Origin: the human T2T-CHM13v2.0 reference genome, Homo sapiens
NCBI RefSeq assembly: GCF_009914755.1
Contig: NC_060939.1
DNA: 64,000 bases
Direction: 5' to 3' (one strand)
How positions within the stretch are numbered: position 1 is the first letter of the stretch; every line of letters starts with the position of its first letter. A model generated the notes under the pieces. The model saw nothing but the letters and a program-made list of their open reading frames with translations. It was not told where the DNA came from and did not search any database. The position numbers were made by a program, and so were the translations under genes. Below are positions 41,417 to 53,189 of the stretch, piece after piece.

Positions 41417-42492
41417 TTAGTTTAAAGCATGTGCAGAATCTTAAAGACCAGGAAGGTGATACTGTAGTTAATACATCACAGCTTCTATAAACTAAAGGAT
41501 GTGAAACCTAATGCAGCTGCCATTATTGTGTGCTACCAAATGACAGGCTCTTCAAAGGAAACAAAGATAAAAGATATCCTCCCTGTCTTTAAGGAACTTA
41601 AAAATATATGCATAGAAATAAACTTACACATACACTATAATTTTATTTATAAAAGTGAAGGGAAAATTTATGCAATAAAACTGATAATGATTCTCTAAGA
41701 CTGTTTACAGCTTACTAGTACTGAAGTTGTCCCATCTGACCCAAAATATCTGGGGATGCTTAGGAAAAAATTAAGGATATAGGAAGAATTGTATATTATG
41801 ACATATTGAGGAATTTCCTGGGAGAGAGCCCAACCCAAGGACGGTGAACTTGATTCATTAGCAAAGCTTTGGTCCACAGAGTTAGGGATCACGCTGAGTG
41901 TAGCATTTGGTACTCTGTTCACTCCTTGGGTACCTGAGAAGGAGGTGGTAAGGGGAAAGCTAAAACTGTTTCACTGAAATCATGGTAAGGTATTGACATG
42001 GTAAAGCAGCCATACTTTTGGCCTTCTTAGATATGGGTCTGTACAAAAGGATAAAGTGAATATCTCCTCCCTGTGCCACTGGCCACTGTGCAGCTTTGGT
42101 CCTCTTGGGCTAGATGGAATGGTAGTGGCACTTTTTTGACTTGGTAGGTAGGGGCCAGATCGGGTGCAGTACCTGGCAGTAATGGATATCAATGGTATCC
42201 AATGGAGAAACACGCCAAATGGAAAAGGGAGTACCTAGGGTTTGCTAGAATTGGAATAGGGAAAGAAAATGGGCATCACAGGATGACTGGCCAGAGACTG
42301 GACTGGGCCTGCTCCTTAGCATGTGTGAAGCATCTTCTGATGCCCCTAGATATAGCTGATGAGCTGAAGAAACATTGGCAGGAGGTATGAGGGTTCTGCA
42401 TTCACAGTTGGGATAAGGGACCAGCAGAAAATTAGCTTGCACACATAAGGGTAAGGCAACATCATTGTTTTCAGAATTCAAAACATTGAAAT

Positions 42493-43168
42493 CCTCTTAC
42501 TTATTTGATCTTAGTAGCAACCCAAGGGACTGCAGCTGTTTTTCTAAAATGAAGAGCTCCACGTGATCACGTGGAGGTTACGAGATTCACCTACAATCTT
42601 AGTAGGTGACCCAGCTCTGGAGCCTGGGCTGGTGGCCATCACTTTCACTCTACCTCTTCTTGCCCTCGCCAGTCTCAGTGTCCCATGTGGCTGCTCCCTA
42701 CATTACCTCTCAGCTCCCCCGACCCACCTGCCTACCAAGCCTGGTCCCAGATGAACTCTGCTGAAATACACCTCTCACCATGTCTCATCTCTACTCAGTA
42801 TCCTCAGAGACTCCTACTGCCCTCTAAATTAAATCTAGGCTGGGCACCGTGGCTCATGCCTGTAGTTCCAACACTTTGGAAAACCAAGGAGGGAGGATTT
42901 CTTGAGGGCAGGACTTGTGTTCAGCCTGGGCAACTTAGCCTCAGCCTCCCAAGTAGCTAGGACTGCAGGCACATGTCACTATGCCCAGCTAATTTTCCTA
43001 TTTTTTTGTATAGATAGGGTCTTGCTGTGTTGCCCTGGCTCCAGAGTGGGGTCACCTACTAAGATTGTAGGCAAATCTCATAACCTCCATGTGATCACAT
43101 GGAGCATTTCATTTTAGAAAAACAGCTGCAATCTCTTGGGCTGTTACTAGGATCAAATAGGTAATAGG
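42493..43168. repeat. 137-bp inverted duplication (arms 42493-42629 and 43032-43168)
   Basis: Manual ungapped alignment of arm 2 to the reverse complement of arm 1 gives 120/137 identical. The unit itself looks MIR-derived. Confidence 0.95.
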
Positions 43169-43268
43169 CCGAGACCAGAAGATTGGTTGAACCCAGGAAT
43201 TTGAGGTTACAGTGAGCCTACGATTGTGCCACTGCACTCCAGTGAGACCCTGTCTCATAAATACATAA
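42838..43268 (+). mobile_element. Rearranged Alu (AluJ-like) with an inverted middle
   Basis: Forward left arm 42838-42934, reverse Alu middle ~42937-43040, non-Alu insert, then forward right arm ~43166-43268. Confidence 0.9.
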
Positions 43269-43717
43269 GTCAGTGCTTCTCAGCATGGTGGCCATATCCA
43301 CACTCCATTTTTTATCTCTCACTCTCTCTAATTCTCCAGCCTGAGTGATTTCAATTTTCCAAACCTCTTGAGTGTCCCCAAAACTTTTGTGAACTTATCT
43401 CTCCTAATGTAAGCATCACTGTCTACCATGTGCGAGTGGGCTTGCTTGTCTTAACCATTCCATGAAGTAAACAGTTCTGTGTGGCAGGGAACGTGCAGGT
43501 CTTCTTGGCATCTCTCCCCTGCAGGGGCTGTGAGAGCCTGTGAGGGGTGCCAGTGTCGCTCAGCTGCACCTTAGGAGCGGACCAATTCAGTTACGGGGGG
43601 ATGGAAGAAGGAAATGTCAGAGGGACCCATGTCCATGTTCGCAAGCAAATTTTATTGTAATTACACATAGAATAAATTAGAATGTTTCACACATAAACAT
43701 TCCAAAATTGTTTTCCC

Positions 43718-44400
43718 ACTTTTACTTGGAAAATGCTCAAATGTAAAGAAAAGCTGAAGAATAGTATAATAGACACCTATTTACTCTTCACCTAGATTAA
43801 TTGTTATCCTTTACCACATTTACTGTCTCTCCAAACACACACACACACACAAACACAGCTTCTCTTTTGCCAATCCTTTGAAAATAAGTTGCAGACATTA
43901 CATGTCAGTCCTGAATATTTCACATGTACCACCTAAGAATGAAAACATTCCCCCGCATACTCACAATACGGTAAATCAAAGTTGTCATTTAGTATCAAAT
44001 CTACAGTCCAAAAATACTACTACCCCTAATGTTACTGTAATTGGTATTAGCACATTAGTGTTAGTATTAGCACACAAGACAAATAGTACTACTGGGTTCT
44101 CAGTTGCAGCTGAAAGATCTTTCATAGCTTTGATCCAGGTTTGATCCAGGAATCAAAGCTTCACCCTTGACATTTTTACTTGTTGTGTCTCTCCAGGCTC
44201 TTTTGATCTAGATTGGCACCCTCCTATTCAATTTGATGTATTTGTCATGACATTTACTTTCCTGAAGATTCCAGGGCAGTTATCTGTTAGACGGGTAAAA
44301 TGTCCTGCATTCTGCAATATCTGATAGCTCTATGATGATGAGATTTACGTCGAACCTTTTGTGGCTGTAATATCACATTGGTGAAATCATTTTAGACATT
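43718..44400 (-). mobile_element. L1 3'UTR (L1MC4/5-like) with a (CA)n tract
   Basis: aaagctgaagaatagtataatagacacc...cttcacctagatt...ttgaaaataagttgcagacat. Confidence 0.75.
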
Positions 44401-44949
44401 AAGTATCAAGTATTGCACTGACTACTGTTTTGAAAGGGGATCTTCTCATCATAATCTGTACACATTCGTTAGTTCTTTACAAAATAAGGAAGTGATATTA
44501 ATACAGGTGGGCTCCTCTCAGTGGAAAGTGATGTCTCTCGTATCAAGCGATGTTGCTTCATGAAGTGTTTAGAAAGCCAGTTCCAAAAGCAGATCAGTAA
44601 TCAATCTTGGATAAGAACTTTTTTCAAACCATTCATATAAATGTTGTCCAAGACATTTAGGATGGCAAAAGTGCTTCTGAATATTTTTACTAGTGAAATT
44701 TGAAAAAAATATAGAATTTAGAATTTGACATACCAAAAACTGATGGTTCTTGAGATCAACCATTCAGGGCTATTTAGTTTCCTCTCCCAGATAATTTTCT
44801 TTCCTTTTTGCCTGATATGAGGCAGATGGAGTAGGGCTTCATGCCAGAGTACCTTGTTACTGGTGGTATGTTTACCGACAATTAGACTTCCAGCATTGGG
44901 CAGTGCTGGCGAGGTCACCTAACCCAGCATTCCACCTCCGCCCAGGCGC

Positions 44950-45240
44950 TGATCCCCACCAAGCACACAATGACCTCCATGACAAAGCCTCTGTGTCAGG
45001 GCATCTTTGACAATTGAAATGCTGGAAAATTCTGTGTGAAAATGTCCTCATTCTTTCACTGGTCAATCCAGGTTCTAGTTCTTGTCATGCTTTATCCACC
45101 TTAAAACCCTTCAAATATTTGAAGATTGCTCTTACATTCTCCAAAGATGTTCTTCTCCAGTGTTAGCATCCTGAGCTCCTTCTGCCTTTCCTCTTCAATC
45201 TCCCAAGTGCATCATTTCTGCTTGCTTTCTCTTTAACATG
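44950..45240 (-). mobile_element. L3/CR1 LINE fragment
   Basis: cccttcaaatatttgaaga...ttcttctccagtgttagcatcctgagctccttc resembles reverse L3. Confidence 0.55.
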
Positions 45241-47877
45241 TGTGCTCTAGCATTCTGTCTCCCCTCTCTTCCTACAGTTCTTTCCTCACACAATAATTTA
45301 AGTCTGCCATGCACATGTCATGCCTGTGAAAACCAATATAAACTGCTGGTCCTTAGGGAGCTCACCAGTCAGTGAGAGGAGGATCAGGCCAGCAGAGGAT
45401 GCTATTGACAGTGAGATGGTACCTGTCTGGGGCACCTGTCATACCTGTCGCAAAGGAGGAGGTGGTTGCTAGCCCTAGAGGAAGAAAAGGCAACCTCAGT
45501 ATTGGAGGAGTGGCTGTTTTCTAGGTAGGGGTGGGCATGGCATAAGTCCAAGAAGTGAGAGATGTAAGAAGACATGCAAAGCTACAAAGCAGGGGAGAGC
45601 AAGACACCAGACAGTGGGATGGGGTGGGATGCAGCGAACCAGCACAGTGAGCCTTCTGAGCCTTTCTCAGTGGCTCTGATTACGTCTTTAGGCAATGCGA
45701 AGCTTGCAGAATGAGATTCACATTAGAGTGTAGTAACAGGGACAGACACACCTTTTATTTTAGAAGGAAGTTGGATGGAAAATGCATCCATATCCATCTC
45801 CATATGAGATAGTGAACTTTCTCAACTAATATTCAGATAATATTCAGAAATAACAGAGGGGAAAAGTACAAAAAGAAGTGTATTCTTCTTTTCTTTGAAC
45901 AAATTTTCTTATGGTATCTCAGCTGATTGCAAATAGAGTATCACCATTAATTCCATTTTAGTATTGATTTGCTCTTTTAAAAAATCAATTTAAGAAATGC
46001 CCTAATGTGGACAACATCTTCTTCTTTGGGTTTTAGAGTGGTTTGTTATTTTGTAGGAAGAGTGAAAGGTGTTTCTGTCTTCTTCTTCCAAGCTTGAGAC
46101 TCTTCAGGGGAGCCTCTAGGGTAATAAAGGTCTTGCAGGGAGGCCACTGCCTGCGCCCCTGGCTTGGCCCATGCATGAAGGCCGTGTGTGGAATGATGCC
46201 TTTCAGCTCCCATGACTCGCAGCCCACCCCCTACACCAGCAGGCACCAGCCACACCTATGATGTTCCAGCTTCCCGCAAGGAACTGGGATTGGGGTGGCA
46301 AAGCAAACAGCTCCTGCTGTTTCCTAGGAAATGAAGACACTCCACTTATTATTACAAATAGATTATGCAAATAAAATCACAATTTTACCCAGTGCAGCAA
46401 AGAAATCCATTATACTGCAGGGTGCATGTCTCAATGCAAAGACAAAGCACTGAGTTCCTTAGCACGTATTTTAAAGATGATAGGATGTCTCTTCTGGCCT
46501 GAAACCCACTCCCTTGTCACCTCCGAGGACTTCATGTTGCAACAAGACTCTTTATTGAAAACCGAAGAGAAACAGAGCTTTATTCTCCCTGGGTTTAACT
46601 CTCCTGCTCAGTGTGACCTGCACTAATTTTGCTCAGCTCTTCTGAGTAAATACTTCTTTAGCTATCAGCCCCTCTCTCCAGGCCCTCTCACATAGAGCAG
46701 GGGCTGTCTTCTCATGCCTGTGTCCCCGGCTACTGCACACCGAAAGCTTAGTCTCTGTGCTTTGTGCCTGTTGCCTGGGTGAATGGTTGAAGGGATGACT
46801 GCAGATAGCCCATGCCCGAGGTCCCCTGGGCCTCCTCTGTCATGGGCCCCCTGATTCTTTTCCTCTCTTTCCACATCTGCTAAAGTAAGAAGTACATTTG
46901 TCTTTTGTCCTTTAGAGCACTTGGCCATTTGAAAATTGCTTTCTCTCCCTGGACTTATCTGCTGTAGCTCCCGTGAGAAAGGCAGGGTGGACATTGTCAT
47001 CCCATGTAGAGAAAGAGCACCCAAGGTGCAAAAACCAAAATTAAAACCAAAATGTCCTGGCTGGGCTCAGCTTAGCTGTGCTCACTGTCTGCTTCAGCAC
47101 TGCCTGCATGTGGTGGGTGGCTCAGAGTGAGGCTATTGTTCTTAGTTAACAGAGGCTAAAACTAATCAGATTTTAAAAATAACATAAATCCCTCCACATA
47201 CTACTAGTTGGAGCTCAAAAATGAGACCCCTCTCAAGGGCGCCCACCTGGAGTGTCCCAGAGGAAAGACAGCAGAGGAAACAGCTGCTCCTCCTCTGACG
47301 TCCTCACTCCAGCTAGGCCTCCCAGCTCTGCAGGCCTCCCCTCTGTCCTCAAGCCTGGTGAGGTGCACACCGGGAGAAAAGCTTCCAACTGGGAAGAAAG
47401 TGACTCTCTCTGATTGCGCTGCATCGGCTGCCAGGGTCCGTAGGGAAGGAGTGGCTGCACCCCATGGCAGTGGGGGTGGAGGTGCGATCAAGGCGATCAC
47501 TGGTACTGTTACCCTGCACAGTGTGCAGGAACAGAGGCCCTGGCACCTGGGACTGCAGAAGAGGCTCCCTCGCAGTCAGATGCCCGCTAGGCGAGCAGAA
47601 GTGATGGAGGGACCCGGCCCAAATCTCACTCTAACACCAGCTGTGTAGCCATAGGAAGGTGACTCAGGGGACCCCCCTTTTCTTTATGGGAAAAACAGCA
47701 CTTGGTCATAAAGCTGTTGTGAGTGATCTCTGAGACCTTTCTAAAGAAGCTCAGTTAAAAAAAAAAAAAGGGAAAACAGACATCTCCCAATACATGGCTT
47801 GACGTCCAAAACCACTTGATGTCATGGGGGAGCAGCTGGAGTTGAGAATGTGCTCATGCAGTGTGAGCATTTGAAGG

Positions 47878-47943
47878 TTGAAGCTCTCATTCAATCAGAT
47901 TGAAGCTCTCATTTTTATCATGTTGAAACTCTCATTCAATACC
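47878..47943. repeat. Three-copy ~22-bp tandem repeat
   Basis: ttgaa(g/a)ctctcatt core at 47878, 47900 and 47923. Confidence 0.85.
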
Positions 47944-48087
47944 TAAGTTCCCTCCACCACTCCCCAGCAGGCAGTCGCCCCACACATGTCTGAACACACA
48001 CCGTGATTAAGCAAGTTCCCCTGTGAAGGGCACAACGTTCAGTTGTTTAGGTAAGAAGTTTCTCCTTCTGTTTTTTCTTAGGACTCT

Positions 48088-48503
48088 TGTATCATCTGAA
48101 TGTTTGTGACACCCCCCCACCCAAAAACAGTTCACACCATAAAGCCTGTCAACATAATGAACTATCAATCCAGAGTCAGCCCATCAACACAGTATCGCCT
48201 AAGGTGATGTGGTAGGAGGTGAGACCTTTGGGAGGTGTTAGGTCCCAGTGGGGAGCCTTCGTGAATGGGATTATTTCCCTCAAAAAGAAACTTCAGAAAG
48301 ACATCTTATCCCTTCCACTGTGTGGGGACACAGCAAGAAGATGTGGTCTGTGAACCAGGAAGTGGGCCCTCACCAGACACCAAATCTGCTGGTATCTTGA
48401 TCTTGGACTTTTCAGCCTTCAGAGCGATGAGAAATAAATTTCTCTTGTTTGTAAGTTGCCCAGTCCATATTATTCTGTCATAGCAGAATGAAAGGACTGA
48501 GAA
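48088..48503 (+). mobile_element. MaLR solo LTR (MLT1A0-like) with a ~50-bp insert
   Basis: ctgaatgtttgtg...gaaccaggaagtgggccctcaccagacaccaaatctgctggtatcttgatcttggactt...gagaaataaatttc. Confidence 0.88.
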
Positions 48504-48607
48504 AACCATTCTAGCCAAGTTCTTGCAGAGGAATTAAGCCCAGGCCTGAGGAGAGAGCCGTGCAGCCATGACCTAATGTGTTTGGCAGTCAGGTCCTTCT
48601 TGCTCTT

Positions 48608-49185
48608 TGTTAATGAGTCTATTAGAATAGATAGCTGAGCACACAATAGGCATGTGGGCCAAGTACTGTGCCAAGGACTGGGAGTGCAATGGTGAGCAAA
48701 ATAGACATGGGCACTTGTCTTTGTGGAGCAAGACAAGTGCAGGGAAGAGCCACTAGTCTCATATTCACAGAAAACATACTTGTAGATATTGGTCAGTGCT
48801 ACAGACAGATGTCATGAAATGTACAATGGGAGAATTTATCTGATTAGTAAAGGCAGAGTAGCCTTCCCTGGATAAGTGCTGGGTGTGTTGGAACCTGGAG
48901 GAATATCATGAGTTGAGCAAGTGAATTGTACTTGGGAGTGGAAGAGCACTTCCTGGGGAGGGAGGAGGAATACCTTGCAAAGGTGTGAGGCTGGGGAAGC
49001 ACCGCCCATTGGAGGAACTGATTGAAGGCCAGTGAGTGAAAGGAGGGGAGGGACGAGAAGCATGTTGGTAGGTGGGTCTGGAAAGGTAGGTTAGGGATAG
49101 ATCATTTGGGCCTGGTGAGTGCCGAAAGCTATGGGAACCATCTGAGGGGAGGCCGTGGTGATGGGGATGTGATCAAAACTGTGCT
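48608..49185 (-). mobile_element. L2 LINE 3' region
   Basis: ccaagtactgtgccaaggactggg...ggtgagcaaaatagacatgg...tgcaaaggtgtgaggctggg...gaggaactgattgaaggccagtg. Confidence 0.8.
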
Positions 49186-49285
49186 GCCGACATTTCCCAT
49201 GGAGGTCACACACAAGAGGAGCTGCAGTCGATGACCAGCAACAGCATAGCCCAGCCTCTTTAGATAGCAGCCCTCCCGGCCACTC

Positions 49286-49380
49286 CATCTCGGCAGGCTC
49301 AGGCTGCCATAACAGAATACCACGGGCAGGGAGGCTTGGACAAAGGACATTTATTTCTCACAGTTCTTGAAAACTGGGAA
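49286..49380 (-). mobile_element. MLT1A/B LTR terminal fragment
   Basis: gctcaggctgccataacagaataccac...atttatttctcacagttct. Confidence 0.75.
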
Positions 49381-50268
49381 AATCATACTCAAATTACTGA
49401 AAGACAAAGAAAAAAATCCAAAAGCAGCCAGAGGGGAAGAAAGACATTACACAGAGGAAAGGGAATGTTAGTGAAAAGATGCTTCTGCTATCACAGATAC
49501 TGCAGACCAAAAACAATGGAAAAACATCCTAAGTACTGATGGAAGAGGGAGAGAGAGAGGAAAGAAATCTTACCAACAAAAATCCTGTATCCGGGAAAAT
49601 ACCTTTTAAAAATAAAGGTCAGATAAAGCTATTTTATGATTAACAAGTGAGAGAATTCATCACTAGCAGAATTGCATTACAAGAAACAGTCAAACTTCTT
49701 CAGATTGAAGGAAAATTATACCTTGGATGGAAACGGGAGCCTACTGAAGGAGTGGAGAGCTCAGACAAATGCAGACATGTGGGTAAATTTTTTCCATTCC
49801 TTCATTTCTTTAAAAGATGTTTGGCCATCTAAAGCAAAAATAGTTGAGTTTATAACATGGGTAGAAATGACATATGTGACAGCAATAGCCCAGAGGACAA
49901 GAGAGGGAAAGTGAAAATATACTGTTGTAAATCACATAGACCATGTAATGTGCACACAAGATGTTCTTTTGTAATAGATACTGATAAATATATACATATA
50001 TGTATATATACATGTGTGTGCATACATATGTATATATATTATGAACCCTAGAGCCACCATTAAAAACAACACTGTGAGGTAAAGCTTAAGAGTCAATAAG
50101 GGAGATAAAGTAGAAACTCTAAAATGCTCAGCTGATCCAAAAGAAAACAAGAGAAGAAGACAGAACAAAAACAGATGGAACAAAGAGAAGAAAAAGCAGG
50201 ATGAAAGACAGACAGAAACATATAAGTAATTATATCAAGTGTGAACAGACCAAATGCCTCAGTTAATA
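49381..50268 (+). mobile_element. Old L1M ORF1 C-terminus to ORF2 start
   Basis: aaagacaaagaaaaaaatccaaaagcagccagagg...gagagaattcatcactagcaga...taagtaattatatcaagtgtgaacagaccaaat. Confidence 0.8.
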
Positions 50269-51105
50269 AGTTCATTCCATCAGTTTCCCAGTGGAGGTAT
50301 CAGTGCTCTCAATTATTTTGAGAACATGACAGTGGAGGTGTGTTCCATGGACCATGTGAATCATGTAAAGAATGTAACAAATAAGATGTGGGCAAGAAAT
50401 ATATGATCTCATTTTTATTTTCGTAGCACTTTTCCTTAGTTGTCCTGAGTGTTTAAAATGGAAAGGCTGATGTAAAAATGTGCCAATTACCAGTGTATTA
50501 TTTATGCGTCCCCAAATAGATTTTGAATCTCTCATCTCAAGCAATTTTCAAATTGAAAATATATAATTACTACTTTCAAGTCTGTCCCTTCCAGATTGGG
50601 CTTTTAGCACTCGCTCTTAGCTGACTCAGACGATTCATCAGGTGACAGAAAAGCAGGGAGCGGGGCACTGTCTGGTGCTGGCTGAGGATGCTGGGGACCA
50701 GAGGAGAGGACCAGTGTCTCACAGCCATGATGCTCAGGTTCACTGCTCAGCAGGGGCTGGGGGTGGGGTGAAAGCCTGGGCATCAAATGTTTCTGCTAAA
50801 ATATAGTCTGTACACCTAGTAGGACTAATAAAACATCAGGCTTGTAGAATCCAGGCCCCTAGTTAAGAAATGAATTATAGCTTTGAATATCTGCATCAAA
50901 TTTTTAATCATGGAATCCTTTCACTTTATTTCACCTTGTCTCTTAGTAGTAAATGAAAATTATGTTTTTATTTCCCCTGGCCTACCAATGTAAAAGCTAG
51001 AAATAAAGGAACGTTGTCGTACATAGATGCCCTCATTGAGTCACTACATTGAGTCACTTGGAAGTTCCCAAGACATATGCCATGCTATCACTTTTCTCCC
51101 CAAAT

Positions 51106-51210
51106 TGTGTGTGTGTGCATGTCTAACATATATATATATATATATACATATACAGATGTATACACATGTATATATATGTATATGTATATATATATAGAGA
51201 GAGAGAGAGA
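51106..51210. repeat. Compound (TG)/(TA)/(GA) microsatellite
   Basis: Directly visible dinucleotide runs. Confidence 0.9.
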
Positions 51211-51443
51211 TGCTATACCAACAATTAGGAACATAATAGAAAGAAAAATATATTCCTTTTCTTGCTACCTGACACCATAGCTTTTGTCTGTTTCTGTCTA
51301 GTATGTGTATATATTCTTAGAGATGTTACCTAATTCTTAGGCCAACCAAGATACATATGTATGGTGCCTGCTTGAGCCAGGCACTGCCTTTCTATGTGCA
51401 GTGAGGAACTATGAATAAAGGAGATTTTAGCTTCCAAGGTGTC

Positions 51444-51800
51444 TGTCTTACCTAATTTTCTACGACTGTAATAGAATATGCAGACTGGGTAATTTATAAA
51501 GAAAAGCTGTCTATTTGGCTTTTGGTTTTTGGAGGCTGGAAAGTCCAAGAGCATGGTGCTGGCATCTGGTGAGAGTCCTCCCGAGGTGGAAGGTGTCACA
51601 TGCCGAATAAGCACGAAAGACAGAAAAACGGGGCCAAACTTACTTTAATCAGGAGCTCGCTCTTGTGATAACTGACCTGTTCCATGATCATGGCATGAAT
51701 CCATTTGCCTGATAACCTCTTAAAAGCCATGCCTCTTAATACCATTACAATGGGAGTTAAATTTCAACATGAGTTTTGACAGGACATTCAACCCACAGCA
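51444..51800 (-). mobile_element. MaLR solo LTR (MSTC/D-like)
   Basis: cagactgggtaatttataaagaa...ggctggaaagtccaagagcatggtgctggcatctggtgag...aaatttcaacatgagtttt...cattcaacccacagca. Confidence 0.88.
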
Positions 51801-53189
51801 GTGCTCAAAGGAGAAGAGTGTATACGTGGAGCAAAAATGTGATATGACGGGGCTAGGACAGTGTGGACAGGTGCATGGAAGGAAGTGTTATGATAAGTGA
51901 AGCTTTGCACAGGTCCTTGGAGTAGCCCTTTTGAAATCTTGGAAGGCTCCTTAGTTCTTAGTGTGCTTGTCACTTAGTGGCTTTCTTGGCTCTAGAGTTC
52001 CTCTGGGGATTGTCAGGACTGGGCTCTACGCTGACCCCACCCCCAACTCCCGCCACCACCCTTTCTTTCTCCCTTGGCTCTGAGCCCTTCACTTGACGTT
52101 TGTGAATGGGATTGTTTATCCTCAAATTTGCATACTGCACTTTTGCAAATTAAACTCCTCTGCGACACTCTGCTGCCCACTTCCACTGGCTGTTCGGCAC
52201 TCAGAACATCATTACCTGGTCTCCTCTCTCTTCTAGCTGCAGGAAAAGACCTGGTCATCGCCTCCTGCAGTGTCCAGGTAGTTAATACATAACGGCCAAC
52301 ATGCACTTGAAACCTTAGTCCACAGTGAGCCAGAAGTGGCCACTGAATCCCTTTTAGTCAAGTTAAATATGACTGCAGACCCGGTTACCCAGGGCAGATG
52401 CCTTCCTGCCCTTCCAGGTATCCAGGGTTATTCTTGGTATTCTCAACTTTTGAGAAGGGCCCCCACTCCATAGACAGCGTCATCGTCCAGGTCTGTTCAC
52501 CTGGAAGGAGGGAGCTCATTCCTCTCGGGCCAACTGTGATCCAGGATTAATTAGTGGGTCTGAGAACAGCTACCCTGAGTGAACCACACAAATGAGGCCG
52601 CCAGCAGCAATTTGTACCCTGCGTCATTTGGGTGGCCTGAATTCCACTCATTCATCTGTGAATGCACTTAAACAAACATTCCTCCTTCCTGCAAACTTCA
52701 CTCTGGGATTAGGAGGTCTACATCACATCAAATGGTTAGATTCATCTCCTGTGACAGTGCATCTTAACACTCCATTCTAAAAGTCTAGAATCATTTTCTA
52801 GCTCTAAAGTTGATCTGTCAGGTCTTCCTTCCTGTTGTATTTTACCTACCTAATTTATTTCAAAATGTTCTGGATGTGATCTACTTTATAGTTGCAGAGA
52901 AATGTATGCAATTAGAGTCCCGTTAGCAGTACAGCAAAGAACTATTGCATCCTAACAGGGCTGCAGCACTGAGAAAGTAACTCAAACTTACATACCCATT
53001 ATACCTCCTCCTTGGTTAATGATTCTAAGCCATCTGGATATGGGTTGATTTAGTTTTATTGAGAAAGAGAGAGAGATTCTGAACAGCATTCCTCGCTCCA
53101 AAATATTTTAAGAGTTTTCTTTTCACCTGAACCTAATTATAAATATGTATATTTGGAGTACTTTTCCCTTACCGTAACACTTGTAAGAA

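Noticed and set aside
47208-47648. 146-aa ORF in GC-richer unique DNA
   Set aside because: Non-ATG start, no protein-family similarity, and it runs into MIR-like sequence.
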